Positions 1-9,034 of a stretch of DNA of 32,525 nucleotides are shown here, piece after piece (position 1 is the first letter of the stretch; every line of letters begins with the position of its first letter). The stretch comes from a virus, in IMG/VR virus record IMGVR_UViG_3300007516_000010, positions 64,417 through 96,941 of that record. One strand, 5' to 3'. The position numbers were made by a program, and so were the translations under genes. A model generated the notes under the pieces. The model was not told the origin of the DNA and searched no databases. It saw nothing but the letters and a program-made list of their open reading frames with translations.

Positions 1-28
1 GAGCGGCGGACAGGCGAAACGTAACTAC

Positions 29-214
29 TTGACCACCTTCGACGAAGCCGAGCGTAAAACAATCAGCCGGTACCGCAGCAAGTTTCACCGTTGGCACCTG
101 GTCAGCGGAACGCCCAAGCGGGTCCTGCTTAAGCTACCGACACTAGAACTCTTGATACGAGCCGTTAACTTCTTCGCTGACCCTAAAGCAGATCACTACC
201 GCACAGAGCGGTAA
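29..214 (+). CDS. hypothetical protein
   Basis: 61-aa ORF co-oriented with neighbours; TTG start, no motif. Confidence 0.35.
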   Translation: MTTFDEAERKTISRYRSKFHRWHLVSGTPKRVLLKLPTLELLIRAVNFFADPKADHYRTER

Positions 215-247
215 CGAAAAACCAACTCCAACAATGAGGAGATACAT

Positions 248-502
248 TTGGACGCCGCGGTTAGAAAGTACTTAGAGCTGAGCACAGCCCATATGCCGGG
301 ACCGGATCACCAGTTCGGACCTCTGCGGTCATCGCCGACGGAATACGGCTTCGTTGTCTGGATGATGGAAAGCGTAGATATCGACGAGCTCCCTTTGTGG
401 TTCGTACAGATCTACTCGTTTGCGAGTTTAAACGACTGCTCGCTGATCGAGTTCGATCGCGACAACGATACCGTTGATCTATTGCCGCAATACGACTGGT
501 GA
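248..502 (+). CDS. DUF5983-like small phage/MGE protein
   Basis: LSTAH...EYGF...FDRD...LPQYDW pattern recalled for this family; RBS GAGGAG upstream. Confidence 0.65.
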   Translation: MDAAVRKYLELSTAHMPGPDHQFGPLRSSPTEYGFVVWMMESVDIDELPLWFVQIYSFASLNDCSLIEFDRDNDTVDLLPQYDW

Positions 503-1044
503 GCCCGCAACACAAGGAACATAAATTGGACGAGACACTTGAAGAGTTACAGCGGATTCTGGATCAGATGGGGTGTTCTATTTCGCCCTATTTGCTAACC
601 GGATTCGCGAGTTTACTAGACAAACACCGCGGCGGAGATATGTACGGACATGGCTGCCTGCGACGTGGTGGCGGTGGCGTATTCACCTGGCTCAAGTCGC
701 GGCTACAAGAACATGATCTCTTGTCACCATGTAACGGCGAGTTTGCGATACCTGATAGCTTAGTCACTGGCGTGCTGCATTTCGAATCCTGGGACGTAGA
801 ACGGTACGGGGAGTGGGCCGATCGCGGAAGCGTCGTCACGGTATTACAAGAAATGCGGGCTGGTGTTCAGCGGTCGCCGCTCAGTCGCCTCAAGGATGCC
901 TCTCCAATCAACCGCACCGCGCACAAGATCGCGATGCGAAGCGAAAAACAGTGCGTGTACTGTAACAAGCGATTCCGCAATCCCGCGGCACTTCTTATAC
1001 ACCTTAAAACCTCACACGGCGGCGAACTCAGTATTTTAGGCTAG
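499..1044 (+). CDS. hypothetical protein with C-terminal C2H2 zinc finger
   Basis: CVYCNKRFRNPAALLIHLKTSH fits C-x2-C-x3-F-x5-L-x2-H-x4-H; GTGA overlap with previous gene. Confidence 0.65.
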   Translation: MSPQHKEHKLDETLEELQRILDQMGCSISPYLLTGFASLLDKHRGGDMYGHGCLRRGGGGVFTWLKSRLQEHDLLSPCNGEFAIPDSLVTGVLHFESWDVERYGEWADRGSVVTVLQEMRAGVQRSPLSRLKDASPINRTAHKIAMRSEKQCVYCNKRFRNPAALLIHLKTSHGGELSILG

Positions 1045-1090
1045 CTACCATGTCAGCGGTCTGCCCACTAACCCTTTCCTAAAGACAATA

Positions 1091-1474
1091 ATGAACAGAA
1101 CAGATGTTAAAGCGATGTTTCCTGTGATTACCGCCTTCGCGAACGGCGAAGCCATCGAGTTTCGCTTATCCGCGAAGGACGCGTGGAGGGACGGAGAATC
1201 CTTAAGTTTTGATAGCGGCAAGGATAACTACCGAGTCAAGCCAAAGCCGTCCTATCGTCCGTTCAGGTGCGCGGATGAGTTTCTTGAGTACACAAACAAA
1301 CCGGTATGCCGGAAGGCTTGTGCGACTTCCTATTTCCTGGCCCAGCGTTTCGACGATAACGACGTGGTACTTAATGGCAGGGTGTACACCTGGAAGGTGC
1401 TCCTGGAGGAGTTCCAGTTCTCTGACGGTACGCCTTGCGGCATTGCCCTAGACAATGCGACCGCTGCCAGCTAA
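1091..1474 (+). CDS. phage hypothetical protein
   Basis: AFANGEAIEFR...YRVKPKP pattern common in small phage proteins. Confidence 0.75.
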   Translation: MNRTDVKAMFPVITAFANGEAIEFRLSAKDAWRDGESLSFDSGKDNYRVKPKPSYRPFRCADEFLEYTNKPVCRKACATSYFLAQRFDDNDVVLNGRVYTWKVLLEEFQFSDGTPCGIALDNATAAS

Positions 1475-1584
1475 CATCGCTGGCGGCCTATCAATACCGC
1501 CGCAGCACGTCGCTGCGGCCGGCCACAACCCAGGGGACCATGTCGGGTCCCCATATTTTGCCCACGTCGGGCAGGAGTCTTTCG

Positions 1585-1911
1585 ATGATCCAAGTGATCG
1601 ATGGCAAGCGTTACAACACCGAAACCGCTGAGAGTATCCATGAACATTCCAATGGGCACTTCGTCGGCGACTTTCGCTTCCGCACCAAAGACCTGATGCG
1701 AACAAAGTTAGGAGCGTGGTTCCTTCACCACGTTGGCGGCGCAATGAGCGACATGAGTGTTAATGTCGGCAACAACGGACGTGGCGGCTCTGAAGACATT
1801 GAACCTGTGTCGGATGATGACGCCTATGGTTTTCTCGAATCCCACAGCGATTACGAAGGTGCGAGGGCAGCGATCGATAAGTATTTCGCGGAGCGTGTCC
1901 AAGACGCTTGA
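1585..1911 (+). CDS. phage hypothetical protein (IDGKRYNTETA family)
   Basis: Start moved to ATG 1585 after CAGGAG; N-terminus MIQVIDGKRYNTETA typical of a common phage family. Confidence 0.75.
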   Translation: MIQVIDGKRYNTETAESIHEHSNGHFVGDFRFRTKDLMRTKLGAWFLHHVGGAMSDMSVNVGNNGRGGSEDIEPVSDDDAYGFLESHSDYEGARAAIDKYFAERVQDA

Positions 1912-2020
1912 TGCAGAGCAACACGCCGCGAGGCGAGGCAGTGCGGGGTTGCAAGTCGCAACCCCTTGTATACGACGGGAAGCGTTTCACTTCCCACCAC
2001 TCAATACCAGGAAAATAGCT

Positions 2021-2422
2021 ATGACCAAGACAACCATAACCCTCACAGATCGGCCACCAGTCTTGATCGATATGGACAAATGGGAACTAATCTCCAAAGC
2101 CATCGACACGGAGTTCGATAACCAGTACGAATTTCAGGCGAATATAACCAGCAAGTGGTTTGTGGGGGTGCGTGAGAACGCGGACGGAAGGGCGATTGTC
2201 TACGCCACCTATTTGCACAGCAGCCAACACCAAGGGGCACGGGGATACTCGACAAAGCGAGGCGTCCTATTGCCAGCAGAATGCACGATCGCTGACGTCG
2301 TGAACGCGATCAAGGAAGTCTGTAGCGACATGGAGGGAGCGGCGTGCGCTGGCGAAGACAACAGTCGGTGGCAAACACTCAGCCATGACTGCGTTGCCGA
2401 TCTCCCGGTTCAAGTGCTTTAA
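2021..2422 (+). CDS. hypothetical protein
   Basis: In-frame ATG 2021 after AGGA within ORF 1757..2422. Confidence 0.75.
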   Translation: MTKTTITLTDRPPVLIDMDKWELISKAIDTEFDNQYEFQANITSKWFVGVRENADGRAIVYATYLHSSQHQGARGYSTKRGVLLPAECTIADVVNAIKEVCSDMEGAACAGEDNSRWQTLSHDCVADLPVQVL

Positions 2423-2432
2423 CACTTAGCGG

Positions 2433-2452
2433 CGACAAAATCGATTTTGTCG
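2433..2452. repeat. dispersed palindrome copy 1 (CGACAAAATCGATTTTGTCG)
   Basis: Perfect 20-bp palindrome 10 nt after stop at 2422. Confidence 0.95.
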
Positions 2453-2466
2453 GCGACACACTTCAC

Positions 2467-2505
2467 GCAGGCCACCGGGTAATTCCCCGGTGGCCTGCTT
2501 TGTTT
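2467..2505 (+). terminator. intrinsic terminator
   Basis: 13-bp stem GCAGGCCACCGGG/CCCGGTGGCCTGC, 6-nt loop, then TTTGTTT. Confidence 0.8.
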
Positions 2506-2542
2506 AACCAGGCCTATCACAAATTAGACCCAATATTAACCC

Positions 2543-2785
2543 ATGGCGATGATCGTTAAATACTCGTCCGACGGGATGAAGCAGATTATTCAGGAACAAG
2601 CGACGGCGAAAGACTTTGGCAAGCTCTTCCGCGAAAAGAAGAAAGAGGCCAAGGGCGACGTAGAGAAGCAGGTCGACTGGCTTAGCAATGGGCAGTTCGA
2701 GGTTAGCTGTGATCGCTGGGCAGCGGCACACACGTATCGTCTTCGCCCAGACAACTGGCCGGTTAACAATGGAGAACCGCAATGA
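2543..2785 (+). CDS. hypothetical protein
   Basis: 80-aa ORF, ATGA-coupled to next gene. Confidence 0.65.
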   Translation: MAMIVKYSSDGMKQIIQEQATAKDFGKLFREKKKEAKGDVEKQVDWLSNGQFEVSCDRWAAAHTYRLRPDNWPVNNGEPQ

Positions 2786-3240
2786 CACATGACTACCGAT
2801 ATTACTTACAACGCCGAGTCGATTACTACGACAGCTTGGACCCGCTAACGACAAGCAGCGTAACGCGAGACCTGATCTTTGCGGCCAACATGGCGCTGAG
2901 TAATTACGACGAATTCATGGCCGAGCATAACCAGCCGCCGACCGACACTCAGTGGCGAGTGATTCGTCACGCCATCCACATGCTCCACATGTGGAGCCAG
3001 TTGTGTGCGGAAGCCACGGTGATTCCCGACGAGAGCTGCAGGGTCTGGCACAAGCAGGCTGAGCGGCAGTGTTACCAAGACTCCTTAACCTCGATGAAGT
3101 TAGTCAAGCTCATCGAGGACTACGACGTGGTGAACTGCCGGGTGCGGATGGGGTGCGTTTGGTACGACGCCGAGCAGATCCCGCCGGATCAAAAGATCGT
3201 GTTCGTAGCCAGCGGACCAGAGGTGGATGTTACCGGCTAG
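2782..3240 (+). CDS. hypothetical protein
   Basis: 152-aa ORF, GGAG RBS, ATGA coupling. Confidence 0.7.
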   Translation: MTHDYRYYLQRRVDYYDSLDPLTTSSVTRDLIFAANMALSNYDEFMAEHNQPPTDTQWRVIRHAIHMLHMWSQLCAEATVIPDESCRVWHKQAERQCYQDSLTSMKLVKLIEDYDVVNCRVRMGCVWYDAEQIPPDQKIVFVASGPEVDVTG

Positions 3241-3287
3241 CGTAGCCGGATGGTTTCAGTTTTTACTAACGCACAAAGAGAAAATAC

Positions 3288-3661
3288 ATGTTCAGGCAAG
3301 TTGATTTGGCAGATACGGTGGGCAAGACAGTCCGTGCCGTCGCGGGTATCGGTAACTACACGATAGTCGTGTCGTTTACCGACAACACCTTCAGCGCGAT
3401 ATCCGTGGACAAGCCGGACGATCCCTTCCTCGACGAGGACGAGGTGTGGATCACCTCAGACGGAAACTTCAGCGTGCTATCGCCTGGCGCTAAAAGCAAG
3501 CTCGTAGGTTTGTTCGGCAAAGAGTCTACGAAGCAAATGCGTGCGGCGGTGAAGGCCAAATCTGCGAATTTGCGAAGCAGATGACGAAGAACAATCTGGA
3601 TGAGCGTCGCGAACTTTATGCGGAACTGAAAGCGGAGTTCGAGGTTACCGGCGTCTCTTGA
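3288..3661 (+). pseudogene. hypothetical protein with probable frameshift near 3565
   Basis: ORF 3288..3584 continues in another frame as EFAKQMTKNNLDERRELYAELKAEFEVTGVS* (TGA 3659-3661). Confidence 0.55.
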
Positions 3662-3830
3662 ATAACTTGCCGCCGTGATCTGCGAGCGTAAACGACGCAC
3701 TGATCGCCGATTCTTTGGTTAATTAACGCCTCAGCCGGAATTCGCGGTTTCGCGGCTATCGTCTATTGTCGTCTCGTAGTGGACACGACTTACGGCCCGG
3801 GCGATGCGCAACCGACAAGGCGATAACTAA

Positions 3831-4103
3831 ATGGCGAAGCAGAAGACGACGACGTTATTGGGTGAAGTCCAAGCGATGGACGACTCGAAGGCTGTACCTC
3901 GCGACTGGTTTGCGAAGCTCGACCCTGCTATTAAGGCGGAGTTGTCGGAACTATGTCAAGATTTTCTAGATGGCGGAACGGTAAGACGTAAGTTTGCCAC
4001 TGCCACTGACATGTATCATTGGCTGTATAAGAAAGGAATCGTTAGTGTCCGCGCCGACCGGTTCCGGCACTGGCTACGGGAACTAGGTGCGAACCGTGGC
4101 TAA
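3831..4103 (+). CDS. hypothetical protein
   Basis: 90-aa ORF overlapping the phosphoesterase start. Confidence 0.75.
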   Translation: MAKQKTTTLLGEVQAMDDSKAVPRDWFAKLDPAIKAELSELCQDFLDGGTVRRKFATATDMYHWLYKKGIVSVRADRFRHWLRELGANRG

Positions 4104-5085
4104 AAAGTCGCTGCTAGACGACGTTGCGAAGGTGCAAGACGCGGTTAAGGTGTCGCAAGAGGTTGCGACACTTCGCAACCAGCTAGCGACCGCTCATCGG
4201 GTTATCGCCGATCAGCAGGAGCGGATTGAGCAGATCAGTCGCAAGCGGTTTCGGATTGGCAAATCGACGGCCAAGAACCGCAACCCAGGGAAGACCCACA
4301 CACGTGTGATCGTTCCCGACTCGCATGGTTGCTTCATCGATAAAGCGGCTGCGGCCGCGTTCCTATCCGACCTGGAGTTGCTTGCACCTGATGAGGTTGT
4401 CTGGTTAGGCGACCACATCGATTGTGGTGGTTTTCTCGCCGAGCATCACACACTCGGCTACGTCGCTCAGGCTGAGTATACGTTCACAGATGACTGCATC
4501 GCCGCCAACACGTTCATTGACCAGGTGCAGGCGATCACCCCCAAGGCCAAGCATCGTTACCTTGCAGGGAATCACGAGCGAAGGCTAGAGACTTGGTGTG
4601 CGACGACTTCGCTGCGTAACGCTACCGACGCTGCGATGCTTTACCGGCTCTTCTCGGCGCCGGCCGTGCTACACCTCGAAGAGCGAGGCATCGATTACTA
4701 TGACCAGGGCAAGTTTTATGATGGCTGCCGAATCCCAGGCACGATTAAGCTCGGCAAGTGTTACTTCACGCACGGGAGTAAGCACGGTAAGAAAGCTGCT
4801 GACCAGATGTTAGCCAGGTTCAATGCCCCGGTATGTTTCGGACACGTGCACAAACTTCTTGCCGCCAGCGACCGCAACGTGAAGGATGGTGAACTGGCGG
4901 CCTGGTGTTGCGGTTATCTCGGTCAACTACAGCCACTGTGGCGACACACCGACCCGACGGACTGGGTCCAGGGGTATGCGTTTCAGGTCGTCCGATCCGA
5001 CGGTGAATTTCTCCACATCAACTGCCCGATCATCGGCGGGAAGTCGTACCTTGTGCAGTTGTCTGAGCGAGTGGGGAAAGCATGA
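4087..5085 (+). CDS. calcineurin-like metallophosphoesterase with N-terminal coiled coil
   Basis: Motifs PDSH, GDHID, GNHE, THG, GHVH in the expected order; true start may be GTG 4096. Confidence 0.9.
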   Translation: MRTVAKKSLLDDVAKVQDAVKVSQEVATLRNQLATAHRVIADQQERIEQISRKRFRIGKSTAKNRNPGKTHTRVIVPDSHGCFIDKAAAAAFLSDLELLAPDEVVWLGDHIDCGGFLAEHHTLGYVAQAEYTFTDDCIAANTFIDQVQAITPKAKHRYLAGNHERRLETWCATTSLRNATDAAMLYRLFSAPAVLHLEERGIDYYDQGKFYDGCRIPGTIKLGKCYFTHGSKHGKKAADQMLARFNAPVCFGHVHKLLAASDRNVKDGELAAWCCGYLGQLQPLWRHTDPTDWVQGYAFQVVRSDGEFLHINCPIIGGKSYLVQLSERVGKA

Positions 5086-5360
5086 AACGACCTCCCGACT
5101 TCGTCTGTACACTAGGCGGGGCGGAGTGGCAGGTTCGTTTCGTTCGCAGGGGACATCCGAAGGTGCCTAAGTGCTGGGGCATCTGTTACTGGGATCATAA
5201 AGAGATATACGTCCGCTACGACTTGTCCGAGCAGCGGGTCAGGGAGGTGCTGTTGCACGAGATGCTGCACGGAACCTGTCGCCTTCTTTTTGTTGCCGAA
5301 GAGTGGGTAGACTACACCGCCCAGGAGCTGGCCGTCGGCATGCGGCGGGCAGGCTTCTGA
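5082..5360 (+). CDS. small HExxH zinc metallopeptidase-like protein
   Basis: WGIC...EIYV...EVLLHEMLHG; ATGA-coupled to phosphoesterase. Confidence 0.8.
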   Translation: MKRPPDFVCTLGGAEWQVRFVRRGHPKVPKCWGICYWDHKEIYVRYDLSEQRVREVLLHEMLHGTCRLLFVAEEWVDYTAQELAVGMRRAGF

Positions 5361-5458
5361 TTCTTTTAACGGCGGCGATGACCGAACGTTCTAGCGACGC
5401 GAGGGACACGACGTCCTCTTGATTCGTCGTTGTTATCAACTCTAACCAGGACAACACA

Positions 5459-6043
5459 GTGACACTCACGGAAAGACAGCAGTCGTCGTCGGATCAGGCC
5501 CAGCAGCGGTTTGCCGAAGCGACGCGTTCGACAGCATTCAATTTGAATCTCGGGATCATGGAAATTCGCCTGCTGCGAGACAACAACTTTCAGTTAGTCC
5601 ATCGCCGCAGCGCGTCAGAGTTGGCAGCTCTGCAGCGGTTGGTCGACAAAGGGATGGTACTTACCGAGCCAGGCAAGAAACCAACGCTGTCCGAAGCCGG
5701 ACGCGTGACCCGCGAATTGCTGGTGCTTTCCAGGCACATCACCACGGACGAGAATCCACAGCGACTCGAGCCCGATGATCTCCTGCAGATTCTGCGTAAC
5801 GGGATGCGTCACTACCTCGGCGGCGGCAACGCTTGGCTCGCTAGAGTATACTTGCGGAAAGGCAATCCGGGCGAAGAATCCGAGCTGAGGATCGTCACCA
5901 AGAAAACAGATTACGACGTCTATCCAGTAGACGCCGGACTGCGGCCATGGATCCACCAAGAGTTCGCCATTCCGGCGTCGGCGATCCGCGAGGTCACTCG
6001 TTCGCCAGAGCCGCCAACCCAACCCCATAACACTGATGGCTAA
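5459..6043 (+). CDS. hypothetical protein (possible winged-helix N-terminal part)
   Basis: 194-aa ORF after AGGA; ALQRLVDKGMV...LSEAG resembles a wHTH wing. Confidence 0.65.
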   Translation: MTLTERQQSSSDQAQQRFAEATRSTAFNLNLGIMEIRLLRDNNFQLVHRRSASELAALQRLVDKGMVLTEPGKKPTLSEAGRVTRELLVLSRHITTDENPQRLEPDDLLQILRNGMRHYLGGGNAWLARVYLRKGNPGEESELRIVTKKTDYDVYPVDAGLRPWIHQEFAIPASAIREVTRSPEPPTQPHNTDG

Positions 6044-6046
6044 AAA

Positions 6047-6604
6047 ATGAGAAACATCTTCTTTGGCTTGTTGTTCACCCTCTGCGGTTCCGCACAGGCT
6101 CAGGAGCTCAAGGTGATCGCCTTTGACTGCTTCGGCACCGTGTTCAACTTTGCGGACCTGCCGCTGCAGGAGAAGCGAGATTACATCCGGCAGCTTAAAC
6201 AGACGCCGTGGAAGCCACTGGAGCTGCCCGCGTCGTGGGAGACCATGCCGGCGCATCCGGACAGCCGCGAGGGCCTGGAGCGGCTACGCAGGCATTACGT
6301 CGTTGTTACCTGTAGTAATGGCCCTGCTCCGCTGCTCGTAAAGATGAGCCGAAACGCAGGGATCAACTGGGACATGGTGTTGCCGCTGGAGCTGATCCCG
6401 GCGTATAAACCAGATCCTCAAACGTACGAGATGATCGCCAAGGTGCTGGGTGTGCTGCCCAGTGAAGTCTTGATGGTGACCGGTAACGAAGGCTCGCCGG
6501 ACCTTGTCGTACCTCGGACGATCGGCATGCGGGTGATGCGTATCCGCGGTGAGCCTGGAACCCCGCAGACGATCGGCGAGCTCGCTGATCTGCTAGAACC
6601 GTAA
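6047..6604 (+). CDS. HAD-superfamily hydrolase (haloacid dehalogenase type II-like) with predicted signal peptide
   Basis: AFDCFGTV (motif I), CSNG (motif II), YKPDP (motif III); N-terminus MRNIFFGLLFTLCGSAQA resembles a Sec signal. Confidence 0.85.
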   Translation: MRNIFFGLLFTLCGSAQAQELKVIAFDCFGTVFNFADLPLQEKRDYIRQLKQTPWKPLELPASWETMPAHPDSREGLERLRRHYVVVTCSNGPAPLLVKMSRNAGINWDMVLPLELIPAYKPDPQTYEMIAKVLGVLPSEVLMVTGNEGSPDLVVPRTIGMRVMRIRGEPGTPQTIGELADLLEP

Positions 6605-6619
6605 TAACACCTCAGCCCT

Positions 6620-6649
6620 AGCGGCGACAAAATCGTTTTTGTCGCCGCT
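6620..6649. repeat. dispersed palindrome copy 2
   Basis: AGCGGCGACAAAA-TCGT-TTTTGTCGCCGCT, 15 nt after stop at 6604. Confidence 0.95.
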
Positions 6650-6696
6650 GTATCCAGTACTCGACCAACGACCGCGTCAGTTTTATGGAGTAACCA

Positions 6697-7215
6697 ATGG
6701 CCGAAGTTTTGTGCAAGATGGGCGGCATGTTGGTAATCGTCGAGGTGTCGTCGACGCTTGATGATGCTTGCGGGACCTGTCCGCAGTGCCTTGCGAACAG
6801 GTTTAGCGTTAACGGCGGTTGGCTGCAGTGCGATTGCGGCTTCGCCTATTTGATTGCTCATCTGGGCCGGATCGATCTTCCTACCCGGACAACTGTTTCG
6901 GCATCCAAACCATTTATCTATCGAGAAGAAATGTCCACCGACCACCATTCAGTTAAGATTTCCCATTCGGACGCCAAGGAGATGATCAACCATCCGTCGC
7001 ATTACAACCAGGGCGGCGTCGAGTGCATTGAGGCGATTCGGTCAGCCTTGACTGAAGAAGAGTTTCGTGGCTTTACCAAGGGCAGCGCGATCCGCTATCT
7101 GTGGCGGGCGGAGCACAAAGCCAATCCTATCGAAGACCTCAGGAAAGCGGTCTGGTACACCCAGTACGAGATCGATCGCCGCGTTGCTAAAGCAGCAGCA
7201 GCAGCAGGCACTTGA
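6697..7215 (+). CDS. DUF3310-domain protein with N-terminal Cys-rich (zinc ribbon-like) region
   Basis: INHPSHYNQGGVECIEAI...GSAIRYLWRAEHK...EDLRKAVWY; CPQC...CDCG in the N-terminal part. Confidence 0.85.
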   Translation: MAEVLCKMGGMLVIVEVSSTLDDACGTCPQCLANRFSVNGGWLQCDCGFAYLIAHLGRIDLPTRTTVSASKPFIYREEMSTDHHSVKISHSDAKEMINHPSHYNQGGVECIEAIRSALTEEEFRGFTKGSAIRYLWRAEHKANPIEDLRKAVWYTQYEIDRRVAKAAAAAGT

Positions 7216-7303
7216 GCGAGCCACCCACGAAACCCTGCCACGAAGTTGTCTGTTTAACGCTGAACCGACAAAAGCACCGAACGACAGAAAACAAGGAAAA
7301 CGA

Positions 7304-7594
7304 ATGATAGAAGTATGGCAGGTTTCGCACACGTATAGCTTTCGCTTTCACAAGCTGATGGCCGACAAGGTGACTGACCTCTGCGTCATTGTTAACGGTT
7401 CGCGTGTAGCTAAATCATCGGATGGCACGCGTTACTTCATGACCTTTGCCGACGCGAAAGAGTACGCACTCACCAGGCTGAAAAACGACATCGTGAAGGC
7501 CAATAAATCGCTAGCCGTTGCAGAGGAGAATTTACGACAAGTGACCGCGACAACCCCGGACACGATTAAGACAGCTAAAGGCATTTACGGATGA
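7304..7594 (+). CDS. hypothetical protein
   Basis: In-frame ATG 7304 after AAGGA within ORF 7067..7594. Confidence 0.7.
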   Translation: MIEVWQVSHTYSFRFHKLMADKVTDLCVIVNGSRVAKSSDGTRYFMTFADAKEYALTRLKNDIVKANKSLAVAEENLRQVTATTPDTIKTAKGIYG

Positions 7595-7628
7595 GCAGCC
7601 AAATTGATATTAGCCGCAGGGCTCACTT

Positions 7629-7913
7629 ATGTATATGAATTGTCCGCAATGCGGAAAGACGTGTGGCGAAGGCCAAGACAAGTGCAATTCATGCAAGGAC
7701 TCCGACGAAGACCAGATCGCCGAGAAGCTGGTAGCCACATGGGAATGTGTCGTTACCGAGCGAGATGGCGATTCTGTTTGGTGCGATGCATACCCACTGG
7801 ACGACAGCGGTGATCGCGAGTTTTGGGAAATCGAAGTGCCCGGAAACAAGTGGACAGAAGGGTTTGCGTTTTACGTCCTACGAGCCGCAGACGTACGGCC
7901 TCGCCGAAATTAG
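7629..7913 (+). CDS. small Cys-rich hypothetical protein
   Basis: CPQCGKTC...CNSC N-terminus. Confidence 0.65.
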   Translation: MYMNCPQCGKTCGEGQDKCNSCKDSDEDQIAEKLVATWECVVTERDGDSVWCDAYPLDDSGDREFWEIEVPGNKWTEGFAFYVLRAADVRPRRN

Positions 7914-7929
7914 TTACGATTACAGTTAC

Positions 7930-8002
7930 CGGGCTTTAGTTTAGGAGGTGCAGAACATGAGTAGAATTACTCAAGGCGATGGTTCGAGTCCATCAGGCCC
8001 GA
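7930..8002 (+). tRNA. tRNA-like element / pseudo-tRNA, isotype undetermined (6-nt anticodon loop)
   Basis: Acceptor CGGGCTT/AGGCCCG, T8A9, D stem GTTT/GAAC with GG in loop, anticodon stem TGAGT/ACTCA with loop AGAATT, T arm GATGG-TTCGAGT-CCATC, discriminator A then CTA. Confidence 0.75.
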
Positions 8003-8190
8003 CTATACGGAAGCGAGACAGGCAGCGTCTCGCAGGATACGACAGAGCAATACAATTGCTAGATGTGGAGCTATTCGCAATGAGACTCTTTCGCGACCCG
8101 GTACTGAAGAAAGCCGTCGCAAAGCGGGAAGCGATTGACGAGAAACGCCGCACGTTGCGAGCATGGATGAAAGGCTACAAAGAGTCATAA
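7957..8190 (+). CDS. hypothetical basic protein starting inside the tRNA-like element
   Basis: AGGAGG 7943-7948 and in-frame ATG 7957. Confidence 0.5.
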   Translation: MSRITQGDGSSPSGPTIRKRDRQRLAGYDRAIQLLDVELFAMRLFRDPVLKKAVAKREAIDEKRRTLRAWMKGYKES

Positions 8191-8199
8191 TAACGTCCA

Positions 8200-8619
8200 G
8201 TGATAACTGGTCTCGGAGAACAAATTATGCCAGCAGAAAAAGACGTAGCCAATCGCGATAAAGCTATTCGCTGGGTAGACCTGCCGAAACTATCGCAGAT
8301 ACCAGGGTATTGGAAAGCAATACCAAACGACGAAACAACGTGGCTTGACGGTGGGGACTTTGAGATTGTCTACGTTTACTTCGACGGGAAATGGTCCGTC
8401 ATGCGACTTGGGGAATCTACCCGGGAACGGCTCGAAGATTTCTTATGGATCGGGCCAGTGACGGTGACACGAGAAGCTAAGGCCACGGCCAATGGTCCCG
8501 ACGTTCAGGGGACGGACCTTGCGTCCGGCTTCGCGGAGCTTAGGATTAGGACCAGCGATCAAATACTGATGGCCGATACCGGGAGAGCCAACGATCGTAA
8601 GAGTCTGGAAAAAAGTTAG
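8200..8619 (+). CDS. phage hypothetical protein
   Basis: PGYW...WIGPV pattern; probable start ATG 8228 after GGAG. Confidence 0.7.
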   Translation: MITGLGEQIMPAEKDVANRDKAIRWVDLPKLSQIPGYWKAIPNDETTWLDGGDFEIVYVYFDGKWSVMRLGESTRERLEDFLWIGPVTVTREAKATANGPDVQGTDLASGFAELRIRTSDQILMADTGRANDRKSLEKS

Positions 8620-8684
8620 CGAATAGATCCTCGCGATAACGCTTTGCATAACCCGTTTTGCGGCGGAAAAACTAACCACTTCGA

Positions 8685-8981
8685 ATGACTCCGGCCGCAA
8701 ATCGGGTTCATGCAATTGTTAGGATCGCGAACATGGTATCGGCGACATCGCCCCAAGACATCCAGGAAGCTGAGATAGACGCCGCTTTGACTGAATACGT
8801 CAGGCGAATTTACGGAGGCAGCGACGGTATTCACGACATGCAGTTGCGAGAAGTCCGTCAGGCGTTCTTGTCGGGCGTCCATTGGCTCAACACTCATCCT
8901 GGCTACGTTCCGTCTGTAATGGAACGATCGCTCAAGACGATCCTGACACGAGATTCGCATTTGCCTGATTCGTCGCCCTAA
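8685..8981 (+). CDS. hypothetical protein
   Basis: 98-aa ORF; QLREVRQAFLSG segment. Confidence 0.6.
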   Translation: MTPAANRVHAIVRIANMVSATSPQDIQEAEIDAALTEYVRRIYGGSDGIHDMQLREVRQAFLSGVHWLNTHPGYVPSVMERSLKTILTRDSHLPDSSP

Positions 8982-9034
8982 CTAGATATTTAATCGCACT
9001 GCGCAGATTAACGACGGCAGCCCGTACTCACCTT

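Noticed and set aside
5615-6948. Long minus-strand ORFs (5615-6256, 6418-6948) and similar ones elsewhere such as 19623-20126
   Set aside because: They are antisense shadows of motif-bearing + genes in GC-rich DNA and have no recognisable motifs.
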